A stretch of DNA of 64,000 bases from an uncultured Gemmatimonadaceae bacterium (GCA_963790305.1 CAWBOC010000006.1:384001-448000); one strand, 5' to 3'; counted from the first letter of the stretch, positions 10,706 to 20,791 are shown. Notes: generated by a model not told the origin, from the sequence alone. Numbers and translations are program-made.

Positions 10706-11311
10706 TCACTCCTCGCCCATCTGGAATCGAACGAAGCGGCGCACCTGCACGTTCTCGCCGAGCCGCGACGAGGCTTCCTTGACGAGGTCGCCGATCGTCT
10801 TCTTGTCCTCGCGGATCCACGGCTGCGAGAGCAGCGCCACCTGCTTGTAGTACGACTCCAGCTTCCCGTCGACGATCTTGGCAACGAGATGGTCGGGCTT
10901 GCCGCTGGCACGCACCTGCTCTTCGGCGATGCGGCGCTCACGATCCACCGCGTCGGCGGGGACGCCTTCCTTGTCGACGGAGAGCGGCGCGGCGCTCGCA
11001 ATGTGCATCGCGATTTCCCGCGCCAGCGTCTTGAAGTCGTCGGTTCGCGCGACGAAGTCCGTCTCGCAGTTGAGCTCGACCAGCACGCCGATCTTTCCCG
11101 GCGGATGGATGTAGCTCGTGATCACGCCCTCCGACGTCGTGCGGCCAGCGCGCTTCTCGGCCTTGGCGATTCCCTTCTTGCGGAGATATTCGACCGCCTT
11201 CTCCATGTCGCCGGCCGTCTCCTCCAGCGCCTTCTTGCACTCCATCATCCCCGCGCCGGTGCGGCGGCGGAGCTCCTGAACATCCTTCGCGGTAAATGTC
11301 ACAGTCGTCAT
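10706..11311 (-). CDS. tsf: Translation elongation factor Ts (short form, about 201 aa)
   Basis: [16 protein letters not shown] and [10 protein letters not shown]; start at MTTVTF. Confidence 0.98.
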   Translation of the reverse strand: MTTVTFTAKDVQELRRRTGAGMMECKKALEETAGDMEKAVEYLRKKGIAKAEKRAGRTTSEGVITSYIHPPGKIGVLVELNCETDFVARTDDFKTLAREIAMHIASAAPLSVDKEGVPADAVDRERRIAEEQVRASGKPDHLVAKIVDGKLESYYKQVALLSQPWIREDKKTIGDLVKEASSRLGENVQVRRFVRFQMGEE

Positions 11312-11409
11312 CGTTATGTCTCCCTGGTACGTCAACGCCGCCGGCGAGTCACACCGGCGGCGCTGTAGTCTACTTCCAACGCGCGGGTGACACTACCCCG
11401 CCGCGCACG

Positions 11410-12303
11410 TCACTGCTCGGTGCTGTCTCCGCCGTCTGTCGGTGCCTCGCTCTCCGCCGCGTCACCGCCAGTCTTGAGACGGGCCGCGATGGCCTCGGGC
11501 TTCGCGCGACGGCGGCGCGGACGCCGACGGCGCTTCTTGTCGGCATCGTCTGCCGGCTCCACACCACGGTCGGAGCTGTATGTCGTCTGCTCGCCTTCAT
11601 CCTCATCGGAGCGCACCGGGGCCGCGAGGCGCGCTTCGGCGATCGAATCGGCGATGGCCTTCGTGATCAGTTCGACCGAGCGGATCGCATCATCATTGCC
11701 CGCGATGGGCACGGTGATCAGATCGGGATCGGCATTCGTGTCGACAATGCCGACGATCGGAATGCCGAGCTTGTTCGCCTCGTTGACGGCGATCTTTTCC
11801 TTCTTCGAGTCGATGACGAAGAGGAGGCCCGGGAGGCGCGACATGTTTCTGATGCCGGAGAGGTTCTTCTCCAGCTTCTCGCGCTCACGTGAGAGGAGCA
11901 GCTGCTCCTTCTTCGTATAGTTCTCGAACTCACCGCCTTCCTCGCCGCCCTTCTGCAGCTCCTTCATGCGACGGATCTGCTTCTTCACGGTCTGGAAGTT
12001 CGTGAGCAGGCCGCCGAGCCAGCGCTCGGTGACGTGCATCGCGTTGCAGCGGTCGGCCTGCTCCTGCACGATCGCCTTCAGCTGTCGCTTCGTGCAGACG
12101 AAGAGGACGTTGTCACCCCGCATGACGACGTCGCGCACGAGCTTCTGCGCCAGCTCGAGCTGACGCAGCGTCTTCTGCAGGTCGATGATGTAAATGCCGT
12201 TGCGCTCGGCGAAAATGAACCGGCGCATCTTGGGGTTCCACCGGCGCGTCTGATGGCCGAAGTGAACACCCGCTTCGAGGAGCTGCTCCAACGATGGTTG
12301 CAT
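11410..12303 (-). CDS. rpsB: 30S ribosomal protein S2
   Basis: [28 protein letters not shown] and [11 protein letters not shown]. Confidence 0.99.
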   Translation of the reverse strand: MQPSLEQLLEAGVHFGHQTRRWNPKMRRFIFAERNGIYIIDLQKTLRQLELAQKLVRDVVMRGDNVLFVCTKRQLKAIVQEQADRCNAMHVTERWLGGLLTNFQTVKKQIRRMKELQKGGEEGGEFENYTKKEQLLLSREREKLEKNLSGIRNMSRLPGLLFVIDSKKEKIAVNEANKLGIPIVGIVDTNADPDLITVPIAGNDDAIRSVELITKAIADSIAEARLAAPVRSDEDEGEQTTYSSDRGVEPADDADKKRRRRPRRRRAKPEAIAARLKTGGDAAESEAPTDGGDSTEQ

Positions 12304-12321
12304 GCGAATCGATGTCCTTCT

Positions 12322-12399
12322 CGGGTTAGTCCGCCGCTTCCGTCATCATCGCTTGCGACCGGTTGCCCGGCACCCGCAGCGACTCGGGAGGCGTGTGAA
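12322..12399 (-). ncRNA. rpsB leader (S2-binding, t44-like) RNA
   Basis: Minus strand reads CACACG...GGGTGCC-GGGCAACC-GGTCG...GGACTAACCC. This matches the order of conserved blocks of the rpsB/t44 leader and lies directly 5' of rpsB. Confidence 0.75.
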
Positions 12400-12408
12400 G
12401 TTAAAACA

Positions 12409-12494
12409 GGGCGCTAGGGGCGCTCAAGGGCGCTACGAGCGCTAAGGGGCAAGCAGTTCAGCGCTCGTAGCGCCTCTAGCGCCCTTGAGCGCCT
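12409..12494. repeat. Tandem-unit inverted repeat (9-10-bp GCGCT-core units)
   Basis: gcgctaggg gcgctcaagg gcgctacga gcgctaagg ... agcgctcgt agcgcctct agcgcccttg agcgcc. Confidence 0.85.
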
Positions 12495-12502
12495 TTGTTT
12501 CT

Positions 12503-12898
12503 CTATCTCTTGGAGAACTGGAACCGCTTTCTCGCCTTGGGCCGCCCCGGCTTCTTGCGCTCGACCGCGCGCGCATCGCGCGTGAGCAGGCCGAGGTCGC
12601 GCAGCTTCCGCCGATGCACGTCGTCGAGCTTCACCAGTGCGCGGGCAACAGCGAGACGAAGCGCCCCTGCCTGTCCGCTCACGCCACCGCCCTCAATGCG
12701 CGCGCGTACGTCGAAGCGCCCAAGCGTGTCAGTGGCTGTGAACGGCTGCTGGATCGCCGAGACGAGCGTCGGACGCGGGAAGTAGTCACCGAGCGTGCGC
12801 CCGTTGACGTCCCACTTTCCGGAACCCGGCTTCAGATACACCCGGCAGACGCTCTCCTTGCGCCGGCCAATGGCGTGATTGTTCGTCGCTTCCGCCAT
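12503..12898 (-). CDS. rpsI: 30S ribosomal protein S9
   Basis: GRRKES, GGGVSGQAGA and ERKKPGRPKARKRFQFSKR. Confidence 0.99.
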   Translation of the reverse strand: MAEATNNHAIGRRKESVCRVYLKPGSGKWDVNGRTLGDYFPRPTLVSAIQQPFTATDTLGRFDVRARIEGGGVSGQAGALRLAVARALVKLDDVHRRKLRDLGLLTRDARAVERKKPGRPKARKRFQFSKR

Positions 12899-13347
12899 TA
12901 CTCCTTCTCGCTCTTCTTGAGGTTGACCACGGTCGGCTGCTGCGCGGTGTGCGGATGCTGCTCGCCCGCGTACACCTTGAGCTTGAGCCGAAGCTTCTGC
13001 CGACCGAGCGTCGACTTCGGCAACATGCCGAACACGGCCTTCTCGATGACGCGCTCGGGGTGCTTCTCGATCATTGTGGCAAACGGCGTAAAACGCTCGT
13101 GTCCCATGTAGCCGGTGTGCCTGAAATACTCTTTCTGTTCGGCCTTCCGACCGGTGACGCGCACCTTCGACGCATTGATCACGATGACGTGATCCCCCGT
13201 GTCCATGTGCGGGGTGAACGTCGGCTTGTGCTTGCCGCGGATGATCTTGGCGACTTCGGACGCGAGGCGGCCGAGCACCATCCCATCCGCGTCGACCAGG
13301 AACCAGCGGCGCTCGATGTCTTTCGGCGTTGCGCTGAACGTTTTCAT
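12898..13347 (-). CDS. rplM: 50S ribosomal protein L13
   Basis: WFLVDA, LGRLAS, GKHKPTFTPHMDTGD and GMLPK. Confidence 0.99.
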   Translation of the reverse strand: MKTFSATPKDIERRWFLVDADGMVLGRLASEVAKIIRGKHKPTFTPHMDTGDHVIVINASKVRVTGRKAEQKEYFRHTGYMGHERFTPFATMIEKHPERVIEKAVFGMLPKSTLGRQKLRLKLKVYAGEQHPHTAQQPTVVNLKKSEKE

Positions 13348-13433
13348 GATTTTCGGATTGGAACCCTACGCCGTCCGCGAGCCGGTGGCTCGCAGACCAG
13401 CCTCAAGTCAGGCGCTATTTTTGACAGACTCGA

Positions 13434-13462
13434 AAGCTAGGCAAGCACTTACGACGTGTCAA
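13434..13462 (-). promoter_or_regulatory. Sigma70-type promoter of rplM-rpsI
   Basis: TTGACA-N17-TAGCTT on the minus strand. Confidence 0.75.
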
Positions 13463-13468
13463 CGGTCG

Positions 13469-15184
13469 TTAAGGGCTGCCCCGCCCAGCCGCCACGTCGC
13501 GCCGCGTCACCGGCGATCCGATCGCCTCGATTTTCTGCTCGGCGCCAGGTCTGGTCCCGCGCGTCGCGCGGATGGTGAGCTGAGTGTCTCGCGGGATGCC
13601 GCACAGCTGGTAATAGCCTGTCGCATCGGTCTCGACCTCGAGCGCGGCTTGCCGTACCCCGACGGTCGGCCCCCGAGCAATGAGCGCGCGCCACGTAACA
13701 GTCACCGTCGCATTCGGGACCACGGCGGGCGATGACCCCTCGCGAACGTATCCGTAAAGCAACGTGGGGGGTTGGCTCGCGGCGCCGCCCGACTGCCGTT
13801 CGCAGACGGAGCGCGCCACCTGCTCGTCGGTCGGCATCGTCAGCTGATGCTCGGTCGCACTGGTCACGTGAACCTCGACCACCGGCCCAACCACTCCGAC
13901 GGTGTCGAAACGCGGATGGGTAAACGAGAGCCGGTAACGCCCAGGGGTCACGTCCAGCATGGCGAATAGTCCGTCACGGTCGGTAACGGACGAATGGCCG
14001 GTTCCCGACAGGAATGCGCGAGCTCCCGGCACGGGCACGCCGTCAGCGGTGCGCACCGACCCTTGCACCGCATACGTCACGGTGGGCGGTGGTGCGGCAC
14101 GGGGACGTTCCGTGTCGAGACTCACGATCCGGCCGCCTTCCTCGTGCGTCCCAATGAGCTCGGTGACACGCTCGGAGGGAAGCTCGCCGGCGACGGGCAC
14201 TCCCGATCCGTATACGGATGCGGGTGGAGGCCGTCCCACCAGCGGCAGCCGTAACAGCCAGCGGTCGACGACCCAGGCCCCGCGCGGAAGGCGCCGAAAC
14301 TCGACCCATCCCTCGGCCCCATCACGCGGCACGGTCGGCGGTAGGTTGACGTACACGAAGTCGAGCCGTCGCAGCTCACCGCTCGCGGCGTCGAGCCACA
14401 ACGTTCCCTTGATGTCCGGCAGCAGCCGCCGGGGAATGGGCTCGATATCGAGGCCGACGCGGCCACGCTCCGTGCGTTCGTCGCGGACGCGAAAGCAATG
14501 CGTGCGCAGGAACTCCTCCGCAATGAGCGTTCTCGCTTCCGGCGCGTAGAACGTCACCGAGTCGCGGTTTTGGACGATGAACCCTTCTGTTTCGAGAACG
14601 CTCGCCGCGATCGCGACGAATGGCGCGGTGGTGGCGCCGGTTTGCGTCCACTTCCGTTCTTTTGTGACGAGCTTTCGGCGGTAGTCATAGTCCCGCTCAT
14701 GTCGTTCGATCGTTACGTACGGGTACCAACCCGTCTCGCCCGCCACTGCCGACGCCAGGACTCCGCGCACCGCGGACCAAACGCGGGCAGTTACAGTATC
14801 GGCTTCGGGGAGAACACGGCAGCGCGGACGGTCGGTAACGACGATGCGCTCGAGGCTCACCGACACGGCGGCGGCGCGAATCGGCTTCGTCTCCGTTTCA
14901 CCTTCGTCGAGGGTGAACCGGTCGGTGGTCATCGGGCGGAAGCCGAGCCGCTCGAAGCGCAGGCGATACGCTCCCGGCGAAGGCGCGCGTAAGCCGAACT
15001 CCCCGAGCGAGTCTGTGAGCACGGCGCGAATCACGGCGCCCCCAGCGTCGAGGAGCGTGATGACACCCGACTCGATCGCCCGCCCCGACTCCGCTTCACG
15101 CGCCGTGCCGCGTACGATCTGTCCGTGCGCCTTGGGCGCAAGGACGATCAGAAGGGCGAGGAAAATGACCAAGTGGATGGGCAT
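13469..15184 (-). CDS. Secreted protein with several carboxypeptidase-regulatory-like (beta-sandwich) domains
   Basis: Signal peptide; repeated GxV...G.PV.GA.V...TD..G.F/Y modules at the N- and C-termini. Confidence 0.75.
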   Translation of the reverse strand: MPIHLVIFLALLIVLAPKAHGQIVRGTAREAESGRAIESGVITLLDAGGAVIRAVLTDSLGEFGLRAPSPGAYRLRFERLGFRPMTTDRFTLDEGETETKPIRAAAVSVSLERIVVTDRPRCRVLPEADTVTARVWSAVRGVLASAVAGETGWYPYVTIERHERDYDYRRKLVTKERKWTQTGATTAPFVAIAASVLETEGFIVQNRDSVTFYAPEARTLIAEEFLRTHCFRVRDERTERGRVGLDIEPIPRRLLPDIKGTLWLDAASGELRRLDFVYVNLPPTVPRDGAEGWVEFRRLPRGAWVVDRWLLRLPLVGRPPPASVYGSGVPVAGELPSERVTELIGTHEEGGRIVSLDTERPRAAPPPTVTYAVQGSVRTADGVPVPGARAFLSGTGHSSVTDRDGLFAMLDVTPGRYRLSFTHPRFDTVGVVGPVVEVHVTSATEHQLTMPTDEQVARSVCERQSGGAASQPPTLLYGYVREGSSPAVVPNATVTVTWRALIARGPTVGVRQAALEVETDATGYYQLCGIPRDTQLTIRATRGTRPGAEQKIEAIGSPVTRRDVAAGRGSP

Positions 15185-15223
15185 GCGGGCGCTCCCTGCG
15201 GGTCCTGCGGAACAATATGCGCC

Positions 15224-15724
15224 TTACGACAGCTCCACCAGAACCGCCCCCTTCTCCACCGCGGCTCCTGCCTGAACTCGTACCGCGCTCACCGTCCCCG
15301 CGCTCTGGGCCCGCAGCTCGTTTTCCATCTTCATCGCTTCCATCACGACGATAGGTGCTCCGGGCTGGACGGCATCGCCGACCTGCACGTTGACCCGCAC
15401 GATCATGCCCGGCATTGGGGCGACGAGGGGCGCCGGCCCGGCCGGCCGGGCACCATCGCTGGACAGATCCCGAATTGCGCGCGTGCGCTCATCGAGCGCT
15501 TCCACCTCATAGCGATGACCGTCGATCCACAGGGCATACTCGCCGCGACGTGTCCCGCGCTTCATAACGATGCGATGCACCTCGGTGCCGATCGTCAACA
15601 CCTGTACCGGGGTGCCCTCGACGTCGGCCAGGTGCGCGCGCGAGATTTTCTCACCGACGCGAATGCCCTCGTCTCCGGTGGTGACGTCCATGCGCTCCCC
15701 ATTGACCGTCACGACGTATTTCAC
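15224..15724 (-). CDS. Biotin carboxyl carrier protein of acyl-CoA carboxylase
   Basis: APMPG...VMEAMKMENE biotinylation motif; GTG start (VKYVVTVNG) overlaps the upstream stop. Confidence 0.95.
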   Translation of the reverse strand: MKYVVTVNGERMDVTTGDEGIRVGEKISRAHLADVEGTPVQVLTIGTEVHRIVMKRGTRRGEYALWIDGHRYEVEALDERTRAIRDLSSDGARPAGPAPLVAPMPGMIVRVNVQVGDAVQPGAPIVVMEAMKMENELRAQSAGTVSAVRVQAGAAVEKGAVLVELS

Positions 15725-16956
15725 GCCGCCTCCGGGACCAGCTCGCAGACGGTCTCGACATGTGCTGTTTGCGGAAACATGTCGAAGCTCTCGAGGGACG
15801 CGATGCGGTAGCTCGGGAGGCGTCCGACGTCGCGAGCGAGCGTCGCGGGATCGCAGCTGACATACACGATGGCGGCAGGCGTTGGGCGCACCGCTTCCAG
15901 GATCTCCGTGACACGCTTGTCGATGCCAGCGCGGGGGGGATTCAGGATTACGACGTCGGCGGGGAGCCCGTCTTCCAGGAGCTGCTCCACGCGTCCAGCG
16001 AGCACGCGGGACCCGGCAGGTAGCTGCGCGGCACTCCACGCCACGGCGTCGCGGTCGAGCTCGATCGCCGTCACGCGAACTCCCTGCGTCGCCAGCTCTC
16101 GCGCGGTGTGGCCCAGTCCCGCATACGCATCGATGGCGCTCAATGGATTGCGCGCCATCGCCAGCGCGATCACTCGCCGCCTCAACAGGACTGCGACAGC
16201 GGGATTGACCTGCGCGAAAGAGGCACCGGGCGCGCTCGCTGCCTGACGGGCGTGCACCCGTCGGCGCTCCTGTGCTTCCGGGATCCACCAGAGTGTGCCC
16301 AGACGCGGCACGGCGTCGAAGAATGCTCGGCTCGCCGGCCAATCGCGTCCACCTTCGATGGTCAGCGCGGCGGTGTTCTCATCGTCGAGGCGCAGCGCGC
16401 CGCGTAGCGCTTGCACCCGCGGCAGGTGCTCCGCCGCAGCAAGGACATCGCGCCATATGTCGAGCACGTCCTGATGCGTGATCGGACAATCCTGCAGGCG
16501 GAACACGCTGCGCGCATCGTCGAAGGGGTGCAGGCCGGCAATCCACTCCGCCCCACGACGACGCATCGCCAGGGTGAGCTTCCGCCGATAGCGCCACGGA
16601 GTCGGACTGGCCTGGACGACGGGGAGCTCGACCTCGCGCTGTCCGATGCGCTGCAGTGCGTCGCGCACGATCCGCGATTTTGCCTGGAGCTGCGCATCGT
16701 AGCCGAGATGCTGCAGCTGGCATCCGCCGCAGCGATCCATGACGAAATGCGCACACGACGGTTGAACCCGCTGGGACGAAGGCGTGCGCAGCTCGCGAAA
16801 CTCCGCGCGCGCGAATCGCCCTTTGTCCGGCATCTCCACCACACCGACGTCGCCGGGCGCGGAGCGCGGAACGAACACGACGCGTCCGTCAGCCCGGCCG
16901 ACACCGTCACCGCCGGCGGCAATGGAGTCGATCATCACCTCGGCTCGCACGATCAC
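15721..16956 (-). CDS. rlmD: TRAM-domain RNA m5U methyltransferase (RlmD/TrmA family)
   Basis: GGDGVG TRAM start, C..F...CGGC Fe-S motif, FAQVN, NPPRAG, YVSCDPATLARD and DMFPQTAHVE. Confidence 0.88.
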   Translation of the reverse strand: MIVRAEVMIDSIAAGGDGVGRADGRVVFVPRSAPGDVGVVEMPDKGRFARAEFRELRTPSSQRVQPSCAHFVMDRCGGCQLQHLGYDAQLQAKSRIVRDALQRIGQREVELPVVQASPTPWRYRRKLTLAMRRRGAEWIAGLHPFDDARSVFRLQDCPITHQDVLDIWRDVLAAAEHLPRVQALRGALRLDDENTAALTIEGGRDWPASRAFFDAVPRLGTLWWIPEAQERRRVHARQAASAPGASFAQVNPAVAVLLRRRVIALAMARNPLSAIDAYAGLGHTARELATQGVRVTAIELDRDAVAWSAAQLPAGSRVLAGRVEQLLEDGLPADVVILNPPRAGIDKRVTEILEAVRPTPAAIVYVSCDPATLARDVGRLPSYRIASLESFDMFPQTAHVETVCELVPEAA

Positions 16957-18488
16957 CGCCTCCGCAAGCCGTCTCGGCGCGCCGCGCGTAGCCACGCGTC
17001 CTCGTGAGGTATTGCGGATTGGGTGGGTGAGCCACCTGAGGGCGTGACCTTCAACATCGCCGGCGCTGCTCGGTCTCGCTCGGCAAGAAGCACCGCGGCG
17101 ATGGCGGCGATGACCGGTCCACCGGCCGGCGGCTGGGTTCGCGTGAGCGACTCGAGGCGTCGCTCCAGCCATTGAATCTCAATGTCGCCCCGGCGGAACT
17201 CCGCGTCCTCCATGACGCGAAGATGGAAATCCCTCGACGTCGCCACGCCATCGATGGTCAGCTCGAGCAGCGCACGGTGCATCCGCGCAATGGCCGCATC
17301 GCGCGTGGGGGCCCACACGATGAGCTTCGCGAGCATTGCATCGTAATGAAGCCCGATCTCGCTCCCGACGCCGATGCCTCCGTCCCATCGCACACCGGGG
17401 CCCCCTGGGACACGGAGGTACCCGATGCGACCGATCGAGGGGAGAAAGCCGTTGGCCGGATCTTCGCTCGTTATGCGACATTCGATGGCCCAGCCCTTCG
17501 GAACGATGTCCTCCTGACGAAAGGGCAGTCGCTCCCCGGCCGCGATTCGCAGCTGCCACTGCACGAGGTCGATTCCGGTGACGAGCTCGGTAACCGGGTG
17601 CTCCACCTGCAAGCGGGTGTTCATCTCGAGAAAGTAGAACTGACCCTCACGATCGAGCAAAAACTCGCACGTCCCGGCGTTCACGTAGCCGGCCGCGCTT
17701 GCGGCCGCGACCGCCGTCTCTCCCATGCGTCGCCGCAAATCTGGGGAAACGGCCACGCTCGGTGCTTCCTCCACCATTTTCTGATGACGACGCTGAATGG
17801 AGCACTCGCGCTCGCCGAGCGACAGCACCGTCCCGTGCTGGTCGGCGAGAATCTGAATCTCCACGTGTCGAGGGCCGGCAATGTACTTCTCGATGTACAC
17901 CGCGTCGTCGCCAAATGCGTTGCGCGCTTCGCGACGCGCCGCCTCGAGTGCCGAGGCGAGGTCGGCCTCGCGAGCGACGACGCGCATTCCCTTGCCTCCA
18001 CCGCCCGCCGACGCCTTCACCAGCACGGGATATCCGAGTGAGGACGCAACGCCAATCGCTTCGGCGGCGTCTCGTACCGCGTCCTTCGTCCCCGGAACGA
18101 TCGGGACCCCCGCCGCCGTCGCCAGTCGGCGTGCCGAGGTCTTGCTGCCCATGGCCGCGATCGCCTCCGCCGGCGGCCCCACGAAGACGATCCCCGCGTC
18201 GCGCACGGCGCGCGCGAACCACTCGCGTTCGGAAAGAAACCCGTAGCCAGGATGAATCGCTTCGGCGCCAGTCTGCCGGGCAGCGTCGATGATTCGCTCA
18301 CCGCGCAGGTAGCTCTCCGCGGACGGCGCCGGCCCGATGTGGACGGCCTCGTCGGCTTCTCGCACATGCGGCGCCATTGCGTCCGCATCACTGTAGACGG
18401 CAACGGTGGCGACGCCGAGCTCACGACAGGCGCGAATGACCCGGAGCGCGATCTCGCCGCGGTTCGCGATCAGGACTTTACTGAACAT
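16953..18488 (-). CDS. accC: Biotin carboxylase subunit of acetyl/propionyl-CoA carboxylase (AccC/PccA-like)
   Basis: KVLIANRGEIA, HPGYGFLSE, GGGGKGMR, RECSIQRRHQK and FLEMNTRLQVEHPVTE. Confidence 0.95.
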   Translation of the reverse strand: MFSKVLIANRGEIALRVIRACRELGVATVAVYSDADAMAPHVREADEAVHIGPAPSAESYLRGERIIDAARQTGAEAIHPGYGFLSEREWFARAVRDAGIVFVGPPAEAIAAMGSKTSARRLATAAGVPIVPGTKDAVRDAAEAIGVASSLGYPVLVKASAGGGGKGMRVVAREADLASALEAARREARNAFGDDAVYIEKYIAGPRHVEIQILADQHGTVLSLGERECSIQRRHQKMVEEAPSVAVSPDLRRRMGETAVAAASAAGYVNAGTCEFLLDREGQFYFLEMNTRLQVEHPVTELVTGIDLVQWQLRIAAGERLPFRQEDIVPKGWAIECRITSEDPANGFLPSIGRIGYLRVPGGPGVRWDGGIGVGSEIGLHYDAMLAKLIVWAPTRDAAIARMHRALLELTIDGVATSRDFHLRVMEDAEFRRGDIEIQWLERRLESLTRTQPPAGGPVIAAIAAVLLAERDRAAPAMLKVTPSGGSPTQSAIPHEDAWLRAARRDGLRRR

Positions 18489-18514
18489 GCATACTGAGGA
18501 GGGGTCGGGAGAGC

Positions 18515-18547
18515 GCAATGCGGAATGCGGAATGCGGAAGGGAATGC
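18515..18547. repeat. Heptamer tandem repeat (GGAATGC)n, single arm
   Basis: gcaatgc ggaatgc ggaatgc ggaag ggaatgc. Confidence 0.8.
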
Positions 18548-18557
18548 ACTCTCCTCA

Positions 18558-19055
18558 TCATCGCCTATCAACGGCGCCCAGGATCGTCTCCAGATCCGCG
18601 CGCTCGAATTGATTCGAGCCGACGAACATGAAGCGGATAGCACGCGTGAGGCCGTCGATCAGAAATGACGCGGGCCGCGCCATGTTCACGGCGTCGATGC
18701 CGATCGGATGCCAGACACCATAGCGCTTGATCACGGCGCGATCCTCATCACAGAGGATGGGAAACGGCAGCTGTGCGGAGCTCTTCGCCATACCCGCCGC
18801 AATGCCGGCGCACCGCTGCCCGAGAATCATTGCGACCGCGATGTCGCGCTCCCGAAGCTTGTCGTGACCTCCTCGCAGCTCACCGAGCTGCCCTCGACAG
18901 TTGGGTCACCACATCCCGCGATGAAAGACCAACAGAAGGCCACGTCGGTCTCGCAGCAGATCGGTGAGTGAGCGAGACTCGCCGGTCGCGGCATCGCGAA
19001 GCTGAAATTCAGGAGCGGCGTCGCCGAGGTGCAGCGTCGTACTCGGACGCGACAT
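18558..19055 (-). CDS. AhpC/TSA (peroxiredoxin-like) selenoprotein, 165 aa, in-frame UGA at codon 50
   Basis: ATG at 19055 (TGATG overlap with the pccB stop) reads [21 protein letters not shown]...LLLVFHRGMW-TGA-PNCRGQLGEL... and continues in frame into the tracked 18558..18830 ORF (LPFPILCDEDRAVIKRYGV...RPASFLID). Confidence 0.88.
18875..18891 (-). promoter_or_regulatory. Candidate bacterial SECIS hairpin
   Basis: 14 nt 3' of the UGA: GCAGCUC-GGU-GAGCUGC, a perfect 7-bp stem with a G/U apical loop. Confidence 0.7.
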
Positions 19056-20606
19056 CAGAGCGGGATGTTGCCGTGCTTTTTGGGCGGATTCTGATCGCGC
19101 TTCGCCCTGAGCGTGTCCAGCGCGTCGATGAGGCGCGGGCGCGTCTCGCGTGGATCGATGATGTCGTCGACGAATCCCCGGCCCGCCGCAATGTACGGGT
19201 GCGCGAACTTCGCGCGGTACTCTTCCATTCTCCGCTCCGTCTCACCCTCGGGATTGCTGCTCCCGGCGATCTCCTTTCGGTTCAGAATCTCCACCGCGCC
19301 CTTGGGGCCCATGACGGCAATCTCCGCCGTTGGCCACGCCACGTTGTAATCGCCTCGAATGTGCCTCGAGGACATGACGTCGTACGCCCCGCCGTAGGCC
19401 TTACGGGTAATGACCGTCAGCTTGGGAACGGTCGCCTCGCAATACGCGTAGAGCAGCTTGGCTCCATGTTTGATGATCCCGCCATGTTCCTGTGTCACAC
19501 CGGGGAGGAATCCCGGCACGTCCTCGAAGGTGAGCAGCGGGATGTTGAACGCGTCGCAGAAGCGAATGAATCGCGCGCCCTTGAGCGATGCGCTGATGTC
19601 GAGCACGCCGGCGAGCACCGCCGGCTGGTTGGCGACGATCCCGATGCTGTACCCTCCGAGGTGCGCGAATCCGCACAGGATGTTCTGCGCGTAGTCGCGA
19701 TGCACTTCGTAGAACTCGCCATCGTCGACGACGCGCCGAATGACCTCATGCATGTCATACGGCTTGTTCGCATGATCGGGAACGACGTCGAGCAACGTTT
19801 CGTCCCGTCGGTCGCGCGGATCGGTCCCGCGTCCGCGGGGCGGGTCGCTGAGGTTGTTCGACGGGACGAAGCGGAACAGGTCGCGGATCGCGGCGAGACA
19901 CGCCACCTCGGAATCATGAACGAAATGCGCGACACCGGAGACGCTGGCATGCGTATCGGCACCGCCGAGCTGCTCCATGGTGACGTCTTCATGCGTCACG
20001 GTCTTCACCACGTTCGGCCCGGTGACGAACATGTAGGACGTGCCGCGCACCATGTAGATGAAGTCGGTGATCGCGGGGGAATAGACCGCGCCCCCCGCGC
20101 ACGGGCCGAGGACCGCCGAGATCTGCGGGATGACCCCGGAGAACAGCGTGTTGCGCAGGAAGATGTCGGCGTAGCCGCCCAGGGACACTACCCCTTCCTG
20201 AATGCGCGCTCCACCGGAATCGTTGAGCCCGATGATCGGCGCACCATTTCGCGCCGCGAGATCCATCACTTTGCAGATCTTCTCGGCGTGGGTCTCGGAG
20301 AGCGACCCTCCAAAGACGGTGAAATCCTGAGAGAAAACGTAGACGAGGCGTCCGTCGATGCGGCCGTGGCCGGTGACGACGCCGTCGCCGTAGATGGGGC
20401 CTTCGTCCCCGTTGCGCACTGTCGGACCGCGACACCGCGAAGCGGTCGAGCTCGGTGAAGCTGCCTTCATCGAGGAGCACGTCGAGACGCTCACGCGCGG
20501 AGAGCTTCCCTTTCGCATGCTGCGCCTTGAGGCGTTCGGCGCCCCCGCCCAGCTCGGCTGCCGCGCGCCGGCGCTCGAGCAGCTCCAGCTTCTCTCGCAT
20601 CGTCAT
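19055..20606 (-). CDS. pccB: Acyl-CoA carboxylase carboxyltransferase beta subunit (PccB-like), indel near 20410-20430
   Basis: [13 protein letters not shown] in the first frame; [38 protein letters not shown] and RKAYGGAY in the second. Confidence 0.93.
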
Positions 20607-20660
20607 GGAGGGCGAAAGCTAGCGTGGCCAATTCGAGTTTGTGAGTAGCAGAGCGCTTTT

Positions 20661-20782
20661 GCGGGGGCCACGGAGAGCCTGAACCGCCGGATGACCCGAA
20701 TGACACGAATGGCTCCCCGAGCACAGGGAGCCATTCGTGTCATTCGTGTTACGCGGCAGTTCGGGCGGTCCGTGGCCCCTGC
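20661..20782. repeat. Long (about 122 bp) inverted repeat with internal 9-bp GAATGACAC units
   Basis: Arms of about 57 bp, an inner perfect 21-bp stem (cgaatgacacgaatggctccc / gggagccattcgtgtcattcg) and an 8-nt loop. Confidence 0.85.
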
Positions 20783-20791
20783 CACCCGGAA

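Noticed and set aside
20405..20435. Programmed frameshifting in pccB or dxr
   Set aside because: No slippery heptamer or stimulatory structure is evident, and indel errors are common nearby.
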